Sequence record: PV662128.1
Reading direction: 5' to 3' (one strand)
DNA length: 64,000 bases
This document shows, piece after piece, positions 1 through 9,393 of the stretch. Position 1 is the stretch's first letter; each line of letters opens with the position of its first letter. A program made the translations under genes and the position numbers. The notes below the pieces were generated by a model that made no database searches, was not told the DNA's origin, and saw nothing but the letters and a program-made list of their open reading frames with translations.

Positions 1-369
1 AGCCAATTTATTGTCGAGATCCGGATGCGGATAAAGGTTACCTGAACGATAATCCAATAACCCCCTGACATAAGCAGGAAGGCTATCGGTTTGTGCTTTA
101 TAGAAAGGGGCCAATCGAGGAGACTTTACAACGTTATCGTCTTCGAGATTTAAAACAGGTCGTGTAACGAAAAATAATCCTATGACGTTGTCTGCAATAG
201 GCGTCATCTGCACGCCTGGTCCCAGAATACGGATTCCCTTTAAAGTATTTGCAAGGGGTGATGTATAGGAGGAACCTCCATTTGCTGTAAACACATCATC
301 AAAGATGCTCAACCTGTCCGTTAGGGCTTCTCCAGTGAAGTTCTCGGAACTATTGAATTTGATATCCAT
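1..369 (-). CDS. Virion structural protein, probably baseplate/tail-associated; 3' end lies outside the window
   Basis: Missing from the ORF track. Hand translation from the ATG at 369 gives 123 open codons to the window edge (MDIKFNSSENFTGEALTDRLSIFDDVF...GLFFVTRPVLNLEDD...). The F-x-T-R-P-x-L-N-L motif recalls phiKZ-like structural proteins. Divergent from the head-protein operon. Confidence 0.7.
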   Translation of the reverse strand, partial: MDIKFNSSENFTGEALTDRLSIFDDVFTANGGSSYTSPLANTLKGIRILGPGVQMTPIADNVIGLFFVTRPVLNLEDDNVVKSPRLAPFYKAQTDSLPAYVRGLLDYRSGNLYPHPDLDNKLA

Positions 370-397
370 TATTTATTTCCAAAAAAGAGGAACGACT

Positions 398-1513
398 ATG
401 ATCACCGCTGTGCTGTCCTGGGGATCCGCTATTCTTAGCCTGGCTAAGATGCTTAATCCTGACAACAAAAACTACGATGAGAGCAAAAAGGTCATTGATA
501 AATTGGGTAGTGTGGCCGGAATCGTCAGCACGAGTTCCGCAGCTAAGTCAGCACAACGCGCCATTATCAACCCGATGGTTGTGGTGGAGCGACCGCTCCT
601 CCACCAAGAATATATGAATGAACTTTTAACGATCATACAATTACGCGACATCATGAACGTCCTGACTCACCTGAGTTTGCAGGGTGAAATTGGTGGCGTT
701 AAGATCGCTAAACTGGTCGAAGGTATCAACCCATCTCGCTCCGGTTTCCTTTCGCTGATGGGTGCTGAGTCTTTTGGTGGGACCCATATTCTTCCACCCG
801 TGGCTGGTACTGAAGCCGATCTGGTTACCGTTAAAGATAAAGACGGTGTGATGATCGACACTAAACTTCAAAATACTCTCAACGAATATTCCCCGCTCGC
901 TCTGGGTAAAGTCGTTGCCGCTGAAGTTAGCATCGATGGTAAACGCAGTACGTTCCCTCTGGTATTCCGTCAGATCCCGGTTCCTGCGGATACCAAGCAG
1001 CTCGAGAACGTATTCCAGGTAGCCAAACCAGAAGACGGTTTCCGCATGCGTATCATGATGCTCAAAACAGGCGAAATCACACCTGCTGAGTTCCTTACCG
1101 GCAGCGATCTGGTTAAGAAAGAATTTACCGTTCGTAAGAACGATTTGACCGGGTACTACGAAGAAGCCCAAAAACGAGCCACTCGTAACCGTGCTGAAGC
1201 TATCCGTACTGGTGAAGCTTCCATGAACACCATGGCTAACGTTTTCGTCATGTCTTCCGATACCGCTCGTCAGATCGAGCTCGAAATCGGTTTACGTTTC
1301 TCCAACGCCTCTTCTCGTGATCGCATTTTCAGCAAAACCGTTGCTAACACCATTGTGGTGGTCAACGAAGGTCGCGGTGTATTTACGTTCTACACTCATG
1401 GCCAGGATATGCCGGAAGTGTACACGCGTTCAGAAATCAAAGTGAAGGCTGCTAAAGATACCTCTTCTAACAGTCTGCAAGATTTGCTTAAACTCTTTAA
1501 CGGTGGTGTATAA
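398..1513 (+). CDS. Inner-head/virion structural protein (phiKZ gp89-like by size and position)
   Basis: The ORF track starts at 305, but the ATG at 398 follows AAGAGG and avoids overlapping the divergent gene. Contains MGAE/SF and AGTE/AD putative cleavage motifs and has high-expression codon usage. Confidence 0.65.
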   Translation: MITAVLSWGSAILSLAKMLNPDNKNYDESKKVIDKLGSVAGIVSTSSAAKSAQRAIINPMVVVERPLLHQEYMNELLTIIQLRDIMNVLTHLSLQGEIGGVKIAKLVEGINPSRSGFLSLMGAESFGGTHILPPVAGTEADLVTVKDKDGVMIDTKLQNTLNEYSPLALGKVVAAEVSIDGKRSTFPLVFRQIPVPADTKQLENVFQVAKPEDGFRMRIMMLKTGEITPAEFLTGSDLVKKEFTVRKNDLTGYYEEAQKRATRNRAEAIRTGEASMNTMANVFVMSSDTARQIELEIGLRFSNASSRDRIFSKTVANTIVVVNEGRGVFTFYTHGQDMPEVYTRSEIKVKAAKDTSSNSLQDLLKLFNGGV

Positions 1514-2388
1514 TGGATCTGGTGAAATACGCTAAAAGCGTAAAGTCGCTTAAAAAGAAAGATGTCTACGATACTATCGCGTTACAGAAAGGCATGGTGA
1601 ACACGATCAAAAACATGCTCGCCCTCAACGCCAGTAACGACGTCGGATACGACCAGTACGCTCAGCGCTGGGCACTGACCAAAGGTATCCTCAAAGATGT
1701 TGGTCGCCGGGTAACTAATCCGAGCATGACTGACGTTTTCGTCGATTCCATTAAAGGGATCGAGTTCATCCTGTCTCGTCTGGAACAACAGGCCAAAGGT
1801 ATCGACGACACCATTGACGGAACAACCCTGACCATTAAAGAAACCAACATCCTGATCATCCTGGATAACATTGGTTTTTGGACAGGTTACACTCTGGACC
1901 TGGTGGAAGTCCTTTCTTCTTTTGCTCTGGAAGGCAAAGAAGATGAGCGCGGGATTAATAAAGCCGACCTGACTTTCCTTAATAAGACCTGGTCTTATTA
2001 TTCGGATCTCTCGGTTCAGTTCATGGCTGAACCTGACCAGATCGTTCGTCGTTTAGAGAAACTCTCTGACGTACCTGCGGATCAGGATAGTGTGGATATT
2101 GTTCAGAACGCCAAAGGTCGCGACTCTGTTAACGCAATGAGAGGCTTCGGCATTCATACCGTCCTCCCAGCATACTGGATTCTGGATATCAAGAAAAATG
2201 TCGATCTTGCCCGAATCCGCGCTAACCAGAAGCGCATCGAAATTCACTCGATGAAACTTGAGCAGCTGATGAACAAACGTAACGGTAGTAACGATCCTCA
2301 CTTGGATCGCCAGATCGAAATCTACCAAAACGACATCATCAAGGCTAAGGCTAAAATCGAAGATATCGTTGAAAGTTATCAGGTGTAA
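1513..2388 (+). CDS. Virion head protein (phiKZ gp90-like)
   Basis: 291 aa, TAATG-coupled to the upstream gene, with a C-terminal coiled coil; synteny with the phiKZ-type head gene block. Confidence 0.6.
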   Translation: MDLVKYAKSVKSLKKKDVYDTIALQKGMVNTIKNMLALNASNDVGYDQYAQRWALTKGILKDVGRRVTNPSMTDVFVDSIKGIEFILSRLEQQAKGIDDTIDGTTLTIKETNILIILDNIGFWTGYTLDLVEVLSSFALEGKEDERGINKADLTFLNKTWSYYSDLSVQFMAEPDQIVRRLEKLSDVPADQDSVDIVQNAKGRDSVNAMRGFGIHTVLPAYWILDIKKNVDLARIRANQKRIEIHSMKLEQLMNKRNGSNDPHLDRQIEIYQNDIIKAKAKIEDIVESYQV

Positions 2389-2399
2389 GGGAGTTCATT

Positions 2400-2915
2400 A
2401 TGCCGAATTACCGTTCGAGCAAATACGGTATGGTGAGTGCAGATCTTTTGGATCCCTCGCTTACCGCTGTTAACGATCTATTAAAACTCTATCTCAGAAA
2501 TGCGGGCCAAGATTTCGAATTCGGCATTGCGCCTAAGAACATTCAGGAAGTGTTCCGGAACGTCAACACTCTGATGGCTAACGATTTCCGTGCTTGGTTG
2601 GCGGCCAATTACAACGAGGGCGTCGGGTTACGATCAGATATGGTTCGTCGGGTGCTGGGTTTTCTTTCTGGTGAACTGACCGGCCAGCTGGTTGTAGAAG
2701 GCATCCGGATAGACCAGATCAAAGTCAGACATCTGAAACGCATCGGTGGAGAGGCTAAACCTTATCTTCCCACCCCTACCAAAAGAAATGAAAAATGGCA
2801 CGATGCCCTGAACAATGTCTTGCCTAACGATTTCTACAGTTTGGTAGAAGGTATCGGCTTGCAGGCATTAGTTTGTTTAATGCTGACGTTAAGTGGGGAA
2901 ACAGGCGATGTCTGA
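2400..2915 (+). CDS. Hypothetical protein in the head gene block
   Basis: 171 aa ORF with a GGGAG RBS, in operon context. Confidence 0.6.
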   Translation: MPNYRSSKYGMVSADLLDPSLTAVNDLLKLYLRNAGQDFEFGIAPKNIQEVFRNVNTLMANDFRAWLAANYNEGVGLRSDMVRRVLGFLSGELTGQLVVEGIRIDQIKVRHLKRIGGEAKPYLPTPTKRNEKWHDALNNVLPNDFYSLVEGIGLQALVCLMLTLSGETGDV

Positions 2916-4203
2916 TGTCGATAAGATTTCAAAAGAACTTTCGGAGATTTCTATTACTCACTCTTCTGAGTTAATCGAAGCCGCCGAGGAATCCAACCAG
3001 ATGGCCGAATTTGCCGATCGACTTTCTGAGTCTGCCGACAGGGCTTTGGTTATAAAAGAAATGCTTCAGAACGTTAACCCTACTGCGGTAACAGTTTCTT
3101 TTGGCTCAGCCATTGATAAACAGTTAAACCGCATTGGGGTAATGGACGTCATTAATAAGACGTCAGCTGACGTTTTAGGTGCGGAAGCATTAGGAAGAAC
3201 CCTGATGCCTTCGGTCTATCTCCAAAGCCGTATAGCCGGCTGTGAGTCTTTTATTGGCGATGCCTTATCGAAGGCTAAGAAAATGCTGATAGCAGCGTCT
3301 GAGGGCATTAGAGACCGTTATATTCTAATTAAGGAATCTAACCGCTCTTTGGCGAGAAGAATTCTCTTAGTGGAAGAGAAACTAAGCAAAGCTCCGGGTC
3401 CTTTAGTCCACGGTCAGTTTAAAATTAAACTTGATCGTAATCCCCGGCTTTTCCTGGTTGATGGTGTGGTTAAAGAGCAGTGGGGAACCCAACTTGAGCG
3501 AGTGGATAAATCCATCTCTGCGCTTATGTCGAACTACTACAAAAATAACCGCAGTTCTATCAACGAACTTCTTTCTTATTTCGGTGGGTTCTCTCATCTC
3601 GAAGAAGACCGCGCTATCGAACGTCTTTTGTCTATGCCGAGTATGATCAGCCATTACACCTTCAAGGAATGTCTATATCCCAACCGGGAGCTTTCTAAGG
3701 ATGGTGTAAAGGTAATGCAGTCGGTTGAACTTATGGGCGGGCGTCGTTTCCTTAACGCGGTGTATGAGAAGAAACCAAAGCAGCTTGAGTCTCTGGAAGA
3801 GCTCTCCCGGTACTTCACCCAGATCCTTGAAAACGAATACGTTAAGTTCGTTGCCACCGAAAAAGTTGAATTGAATAAAGACATTGAGATCTCCAGTCTC
3901 TCTACTTTAGAAATCAAGGTTATCCTTAAGCTCTGTTCAGGCATCCTTGATAAAACAGAAACCCTGTTCAGTGAAGGTGATCAGTATTCGGTGGAAGGAA
4001 AGGATTATTTGGAAATGATTAACGTCATTTCTGATAACAACTGGGATGACAAACTCAAGTCTACCGTCGTCAGGTATTTCGAACAGCTCGCTTTGAAATA
4101 TAATAAAGAGATGCTGAACAACCGTGTGGCGGTGGTGGAATACCTGACCCTGCTTATCAATGGGTTGTTAAACATCGCTGAACGTAGTATAGACGGCGAA
4201 TAG
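2908..4203 (+). CDS. Inner-head protein (phiKZ gp92-like)
   Basis: The ATG at 2908 overlaps the upstream stop (ATGTCTGA). Acidic N-terminal propeptide followed by LGAE/AL and AGCE/SF motifs. Confidence 0.6.
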   Translation: MSDVDKISKELSEISITHSSELIEAAEESNQMAEFADRLSESADRALVIKEMLQNVNPTAVTVSFGSAIDKQLNRIGVMDVINKTSADVLGAEALGRTLMPSVYLQSRIAGCESFIGDALSKAKKMLIAASEGIRDRYILIKESNRSLARRILLVEEKLSKAPGPLVHGQFKIKLDRNPRLFLVDGVVKEQWGTQLERVDKSISALMSNYYKNNRSSINELLSYFGGFSHLEEDRAIERLLSMPSMISHYTFKECLYPNRELSKDGVKVMQSVELMGGRRFLNAVYEKKPKQLESLEELSRYFTQILENEYVKFVATEKVELNKDIEISSLSTLEIKVILKLCSGILDKTETLFSEGDQYSVEGKDYLEMINVISDNNWDDKLKSTVVRYFEQLALKYNKEMLNNRVAVVEYLTLLINGLLNIAERSIDGE

Positions 4204-4211
4204 GGGGTATC

Positions 4212-5186
4212 ATGTCGCTAGAGCGCATTATGCTTTCTAAAAAGGCACGGGGTCAGCATCAGGACTTGATGGAGACGTTGAACCAGTTTAACGTCGTTAT
4301 GGGAAACGAGACCCTATTTGACGACGTTAAGCTTATCGGCGCGAACGTATTATCCCGATCTGCGGTGTTGGCTGGAAAAGGTATAACTGAGTTGAACAAT
4401 CTCTTTACCGTTGGTACCCGTAAGGCCATGGTGAAGTTTGGGACTAATCGTCAGGCCATCTCTGTTTTGTCCAGGGATGTCCCTAAACGAGAACTCAAAG
4501 AAGAGGTTGTTCTTCCAGCATCTTTTGTCAACAACGTGACCTCAGAGGGTGACCTGAGTACAGTTATCGACGATACCCGAGCCCTCGGCCAAACGTTGGA
4601 TTTGTTGGTTCGTCATCTCAATGATATCGACGGATACCTGAAACAGCAACTGGGTTACGTAAAGGATATTGGAAACGTTCGTACTAACGATCAAGGTGTG
4701 GCTTTGATTCAGAAATACGATAAGTTATCCTATCCTCCCTTACAGCTACCTATTCATGCTAATTTTATAGCCTCTTCACACCCCTTGCCGGGAGGGAAGA
4801 TTTTAACCTACGATGATAAACGTCATGTTTATTCTATGTCTGGTAAAAAGCCCCACGGCGAAGCGCAACCCTATCCTGCACAATTAGATACGGTTGGATG
4901 GTTACGAGCGGTTAACGGCGTCAACGATCATTTACAGCGCTTAATCAAGTATATGTACGAGTACAATACTTTTGTTAAGAACTGGGCTAGTGCGGTGAAA
5001 TCAGCGTACCCTCATCTTGAAAGAGAAGATAACCTGAGTGAGTCCGTTTCTAAGCAGCTCGAAAGAATGCTTGATGGTAACGTCAACATTATGCAATTGT
5101 ATAGCGGATTACTCCCTCGTCTTATTGGATACACGGATAAGTATATCCAGGATGTGTTAGGGTCCGTCAACAAACTTCTTAATTAA
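4212..5186 (+). CDS. Inner-head protein (phiKZ gp93-gp97-type paralog family)
   Basis: 324 aa with an MGNE/TL motif near the N terminus; the LPGGK motif is shared with 6568..7641. Confidence 0.6.
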   Translation: MSLERIMLSKKARGQHQDLMETLNQFNVVMGNETLFDDVKLIGANVLSRSAVLAGKGITELNNLFTVGTRKAMVKFGTNRQAISVLSRDVPKRELKEEVVLPASFVNNVTSEGDLSTVIDDTRALGQTLDLLVRHLNDIDGYLKQQLGYVKDIGNVRTNDQGVALIQKYDKLSYPPLQLPIHANFIASSHPLPGGKILTYDDKRHVYSMSGKKPHGEAQPYPAQLDTVGWLRAVNGVNDHLQRLIKYMYEYNTFVKNWASAVKSAYPHLEREDNLSESVSKQLERMLDGNVNIMQLYSGLLPRLIGYTDKYIQDVLGSVNKLLN

Positions 5187-5223
5187 TAAGTTTTACATCA
5201 AATCTCTCTAGAGGATTTAAATA

Positions 5224-6489
5224 ATGAGTAAATTGTTTCTGGATCTGCTGGCTCGTCAGGGCAACGAAAACCTGGAAATCGAACTGGGTAATGGCGATAC
5301 CGCTGTAATCGTTCCTGAGTCCGCCGAAGAAATCGCTGAAATGGCTGCTGAAAACGTCCTCGCTGAAACTTCCGAAGAACTGGAAGAACACGCCGATGAC
5401 GTTGAAGACCTGTGCGACAAAGTTGAAGAACTGGAAGAGCAGGTTGAAGAACTGCAAGAAGTCGTTGAAGGCGCCGAAGCCCTCCTGCAACCGGGTACCC
5501 AGTGGAACCCTGCTGCGTTCGCCCTGCTGTATGCCCGTGGTGAAAAACTGAACGCCAAAATGAGCGATACCGCCGTTCCGGTTATGGGCGCGGAATCTTT
5601 GGCTGATGCGACTACCGCAGAACTGACCGCTCGCGAAGGCCTGGAAGCGATGAACGCTACCGTGAAAAAATGGGGCACCCAGGCGATCGCGTTCATCAAG
5701 AAAATCTGGGACAGCCTGATCTCCTTCATCAAAGGCCTGTTCTCCAAAGCTACCGCGGTTAAGAACAAAGCGAAAGCTGTTGCTGCGCGTCTGGAAAAAA
5801 CCGAAAAACTGAAAGAAACCATCAAGCTGGGCAAATGGAACGCATTTGCAGGCGTTGGCGAATCTCAGGGTAAATCTGCAACCGGCCTGTCCACTCTGAT
5901 CGGCGCTGCCGGTAAAGTTGTCGCTGGTTCTGAAGCTCTGCTGTCTTCTCCGGGTAATGCTGCCGCGCTGGCTGGTCCGGTTAAAGAACTGAGCTCTGCT
6001 GCAGCTGGCCTGGATTCTGTTTTCGGCCCGGCTAAGAAAGCTGGCGGTGATAAAGCTGTTGCTGCTCACCAGTGGCGTGGTCTGACCATCGCGGTCGGTT
6101 ATTACGCGGGTAAAGTCGAAACCTTCGAAGACGTTGCTAAAGCTGCTAAAGCTATCCGCATCTCCTGGAAAGTTTCCGGCGGTAAAACTTCTGGCGACCA
6201 CAAAGTCACCGACGGTAAAGACGCACTGAAAAAATACATCAGCGACGCCAATGCCCTGGTTGACTCTATCGCTTCTTCCAAAGTTGAAGCGCAGTATGGC
6301 GCGGCTAAACGCGATCGCATCATCGGCCTGCTGAAAGCAGCTGATACCAAAGATGGCGAAGACGTAGGTAAAGCGGTTAACGCAGTGAAAGCTGCTCAGG
6401 CTGCTCTGTCCTCCGTAACGACTTCTGCGACCCGTCTGGGCCTGGCTATCGCTAACGGCGAACTCGACTACGTACGTGCTTGCCTGTAA
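5224..6489 (+). CDS. Abundant inner-head protein with an acidic propeptide (phiKZ gp93/gp95, SPN3US gp53/gp54-type)
   Basis: Very strong high-expression codon bias. Glu-rich N terminus with GNE, GAE, GAE and GLE motifs, then the amphipathic FIKKIWDSLISFIKGLF helix and an Ala/Lys-rich mature part. Confidence 0.75.
   Translation: MSKLFLDLLARQGNENLEIELGNGDTAVIVPESAEEIAEMAAENVLAETSEELEEHADDVEDLCDKVEELEEQVEELQEVVEGAEALLQPGTQWNPAAFALLYARGEKLNAKMSDTAVPVMGAESLADATTAELTAREGLEAMNATVKKWGTQAIAFIKKIWDSLISFIKGLFSKATAVKNKAKAVAARLEKTEKLKETIKLGKWNAFAGVGESQGKSATGLSTLIGAAGKVVAGSEALLSSPGNAAALAGPVKELSSAAAGLDSVFGPAKKAGGDKAVAAHQWRGLTIAVGYYAGKVETFEDVAKAAKAIRISWKVSGGKTSGDHKVTDGKDALKKYISDANALVDSIASSKVEAQYGAAKRDRIIGLLKAADTKDGEDVGKAVNAVKAAQAALSSVTTSATRLGLAIANGELDYVRACL
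5401..5484 (+). repeat. Imperfect 21-bp tandem repeat (4 units) encoding an acidic heptad
   Basis: gttgaagacctgtgcgacaaa / gttgaagaactggaagagcag / gttgaagaactgcaagaagtc / gttgaaggcgccgaagccctc. Confidence 0.8.
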
Positions 6490-6517
6490 TCCCTCGGGAT
6501 GGTTGTTTAAATCAAGA

Positions 6518-6551
6518 GAGGGGAGTCCTTAGGGGCTCCCCTCCCTATTTT
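6518..6551 (+). terminator. Intrinsic terminator after the abundant head protein gene
   Basis: GAGGGGAGTCC-TTAG-GGGCTCCCCTC stem-loop followed by a T-run. Confidence 0.7.
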
Positions 6552-6567
6552 GCATTTGAGAGGATTT

Positions 6568-7641
6568 ATGTCTACCCCTTACACTCAAAAAGGCATGTCC
6601 ATGTCTCTCGCAGAAGAATACGAGGGAGATAAAAAGAAATTAGATCGTTACATTGAAGGTACTCCCGATAACGTAGAGCGGTATAAAAAGGTGGGAGCGG
6701 TTATCGGTAAAGAACCCGGTCATCTTACTGACGATAAAGACACAAAAGATAATACCGCCGGCACAGAAGAATTTGATATCGACGAAGCTGTTCTTAATTT
6801 CCCAGAAGATGAGAATGTTGCTGGGATGGAAGACTTCGTAGAGTTTGCCAAGAAGGCAATAGTTCGATTAATGCGGATGATCAAGAATGCCGCCATCTTT
6901 ATCTACGAACTCGTCTTTAACAAAATTAGCCGTATCAAACACATTGCCCGTAAAGCAGAATATCAATTAAGAACACAGAGCCTGATACCTACTCTCGTAC
7001 CTTACCCCAAAGGGACACGTAAGATATTCATAGGCCCGACTTTACAACCCAACGCTAACTGGACCCTTAAGAGTATTCAGCAGGTTCAACTGTTTTACAC
7101 CAGGTTGATGAAAGCGCACGGTAATTTATTGGATGCGGCTAAATCGGGTAATTGGAGAAACAACCCTAATTTCATTTTTGAAACAGCGGCTACGTTCGCC
7201 AATGAAATTTGCCAGAATCATCACAGTGATTATTCTGAAACCCAAGTTCTCCCAGGCGGGAAAATCTACAGGGTGAATTATTCCAAAGGCAGTGGAAAAA
7301 ATCGTCCTGGTGTTTCCCTTAGCCAGAAACTCTCCGTTCAACTTAAGGATAAATCCTTTAAGCCAGATAGAGTGATTGCTGACGATCTCATGACGGCTCT
7401 GCAGGGATTCGCTGATAAGATCGGTAACGATCATCGCAGTCAAACCAGCACTTCCAGAAAAATGGAAGCGGCAATAAGAGACTTGGAACGTTATTATATC
7501 GATCCTGAGGCAAAACGCCATGCGGCGGCTTACTTCACTTGGTTGATTGATTTCCAACGTACGGTTCTGAGCACCGGTCTTCAGTATGTTTTCGGAGCCC
7601 TGTTCGGTTATGCTGAATTCATTTCGGCTAATGTTAAGTAG
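6568..7641 (+). CDS. Inner-head protein paralog
   Basis: ATG 6568 follows GAGAGGA (the track start at 6550 is upstream). AGTE/EF and AGME/DF motifs, an amphipathic helix after the propeptide, and an LPGGK motif. Confidence 0.65.
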   Translation: MSTPYTQKGMSMSLAEEYEGDKKKLDRYIEGTPDNVERYKKVGAVIGKEPGHLTDDKDTKDNTAGTEEFDIDEAVLNFPEDENVAGMEDFVEFAKKAIVRLMRMIKNAAIFIYELVFNKISRIKHIARKAEYQLRTQSLIPTLVPYPKGTRKIFIGPTLQPNANWTLKSIQQVQLFYTRLMKAHGNLLDAAKSGNWRNNPNFIFETAATFANEICQNHHSDYSETQVLPGGKIYRVNYSKGSGKNRPGVSLSQKLSVQLKDKSFKPDRVIADDLMTALQGFADKIGNDHRSQTSTSRKMEAAIRDLERYYIDPEAKRHAAAYFTWLIDFQRTVLSTGLQYVFGALFGYAEFISANVK

Positions 7642-7649
7642 AGGTAGTT

Positions 7650-8060
7650 ATGTCAGCTGGTGTTATTAGTAAGAACATGTGGGTGAGTCTACTCTCTAAA
7701 GCCCTCAACGCCGATGCAAGTGTATTAGAATCTCAGACGTTTGTTTTTTCACCGAGCAGCTCTGACGACTTAGTTAGAATTAGCGATGTTCGAAGCCCGG
7801 ACTCTCCGGTCGTAATGAAGAAGTTTGATTTCGACGAACTCACCTACGGAAGAAAGTTCGATGTTCGGCATATTCTTCAGGATTCTCAAAACAAAACAGC
7901 CGATGAGATTTTTGATTATTGGAAGAAATTGGCACGGCTTGATGATCTTGACCGTGGTGAGGTTGATTTGGTCAAAGACAAGTCGATCCTTTATATCAAT
8001 TTCAAATCTTCATCTATCTGCTTCAAAGGAAGCGTTGAGGTGACGTATGCGGATCGGTAA
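7650..8060 (+). CDS. Small putative virion protein (S-x-x-F-x-G-S family)
   Basis: 136 aa with a GAGG RBS; the C-terminal SICFKGSVEV resembles motifs in 9394..10182 and 34127..34543. Confidence 0.55.
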   Translation: MSAGVISKNMWVSLLSKALNADASVLESQTFVFSPSSSDDLVRISDVRSPDSPVVMKKFDFDELTYGRKFDVRHILQDSQNKTADEIFDYWKKLARLDDLDRGEVDLVKDKSILYINFKSSSICFKGSVEVTYADR

Positions 8061-9387
8061 TCTTCTATTTCAAAACATACGTACCGCTTTGACCCTACTG
8101 GGCATTGTGTTTCAGATTCAAACGAGGAATCCCACTCAAGAAGAGTCGGACATCCTTGTCAATGGATTCAGGGAACTTGATGTTTCCCCTGCCGCTTATC
8201 AGGAAAATGCGTTACTGGCTTTACAACTGGTGATTAAACGTTATATAGAGGATCTGGAAGCGTCTTTCTATGAACTGAGTCAATTACACGGATTAGTGCC
8301 AAAATCGCTTCATAGCGTGTTAGGCGAGCTTATAGAGGGAATTAAGAAAACAAACAGCGACGACCTCGTTGAATATTTCGATGAAGGGTTGTTAAAAGAA
8401 CACTCCATTCGCAGTTTGTTTACCCCTACCCCTGAAGACGAACTCGTCATTTCCGAGCATTACGAGACACTCAAAAGTCTTTATAACGAAACAGTTACTC
8501 ATCTCCTCAACGAATTGGAAGACACCATTGACCCTTCCATTCTTCCGATAATAGAAGATGGGGTGCGCGATCTTAATTTGATCGAATTTATTTTACAGTA
8601 TTTCGAATTGTCTAATTACGACAATGTCTCGGAGGAAGAGATGAAATATAGTCAGGTTAAAGCCAAACTTGATGAAATTGAAACTGCGGTCATTAGTGGT
8701 GCGGAAGAATTCAAAACCCTTATTAACGATTCTCCAGTATCGGGAATGGAAGCCGGGTTTATTGATACCGTTAAAGCCGGGATTGCCAAAGTCGTTGACA
8801 CTATCAAGACTGCGCTGAAGACCCTTCTCGATTTCTTTGCTGGACGTAAGAAAGATGCCGCAGCTCAGATCGCGGATATCAAAGAGAAGTTCAATAAGCA
8901 AATCGAAGATCTAAAGGCGGCTGGTAACGACAAGCTTGAGATCGATCAAGAGAAAATCAAGAAAACCATCGATATGCTGGAGAAGGCCGATCTTAGCGAA
9001 GTTGCGAATCATTTCAAAGGAGTGAACGATCCAGCTGGCGCTATCTCGGCATACACGGCCGCGTTGTCAGATCTGGAAAAACTCTGCAAGCCTGACGATG
9101 CGGATAAACAATTGGGTGATACTCAAACTAAGCTCAATGAACTTTCCGGCACCCAGGTCAACGTGAATAACGATGCGCCAGCAGAAGAGAAGTCAACCCT
9201 GAAAGAGGTCGTTGGCGAGCGCACCAAAGCTCTACAAGAGAAGTTCACAGAAGCCAAAGAGAGCGTGAAGAATTTTATCAGACCTCTGTCCGCCATGGAA
9301 CGTCTCAATAGCACTCTGGGTAAAGTCATCAAAAAGAAATCAGAGAAGCAAGAAAAAGTCTCTGGTAACGAAGCCTGGATGGAGTAA
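8047..9387 (+). CDS. Head-protein-like ORF with a probable internal in-frame start at 8641
   Basis: 446 aa. The C-terminal 248 aa carries SGAE, SGME and SGNE motifs and the family amphipathic helix. GGAGG at 8631-8635 precedes ATG 8641. Confidence 0.6.
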   Translation: MRIGNLLFQNIRTALTLLGIVFQIQTRNPTQEESDILVNGFRELDVSPAAYQENALLALQLVIKRYIEDLEASFYELSQLHGLVPKSLHSVLGELIEGIKKTNSDDLVEYFDEGLLKEHSIRSLFTPTPEDELVISEHYETLKSLYNETVTHLLNELEDTIDPSILPIIEDGVRDLNLIEFILQYFELSNYDNVSEEEMKYSQVKAKLDEIETAVISGAEEFKTLINDSPVSGMEAGFIDTVKAGIAKVVDTIKTALKTLLDFFAGRKKDAAAQIADIKEKFNKQIEDLKAAGNDKLEIDQEKIKKTIDMLEKADLSEVANHFKGVNDPAGAISAYTAALSDLEKLCKPDDADKQLGDTQTKLNELSGTQVNVNNDAPAEEKSTLKEVVGERTKALQEKFTEAKESVKNFIRPLSAMERLNSTLGKVIKKKSEKQEKVSGNEAWME

Positions 9388-9393
9388 AGAGAA

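Noticed and set aside
305-397. Longer N terminus for the first head protein, as given in the ORF track
   Set aside because: It overlaps the real divergent gene starting at 369, and the RBS supports ATG 398.
5179-6201. 340-aa (and nested 192-aa) antisense ORFs over the abundant head protein
   Set aside because: Same codon-bias shadow effect; the translation has the F/Q/R-rich composition typical of antisense frames.
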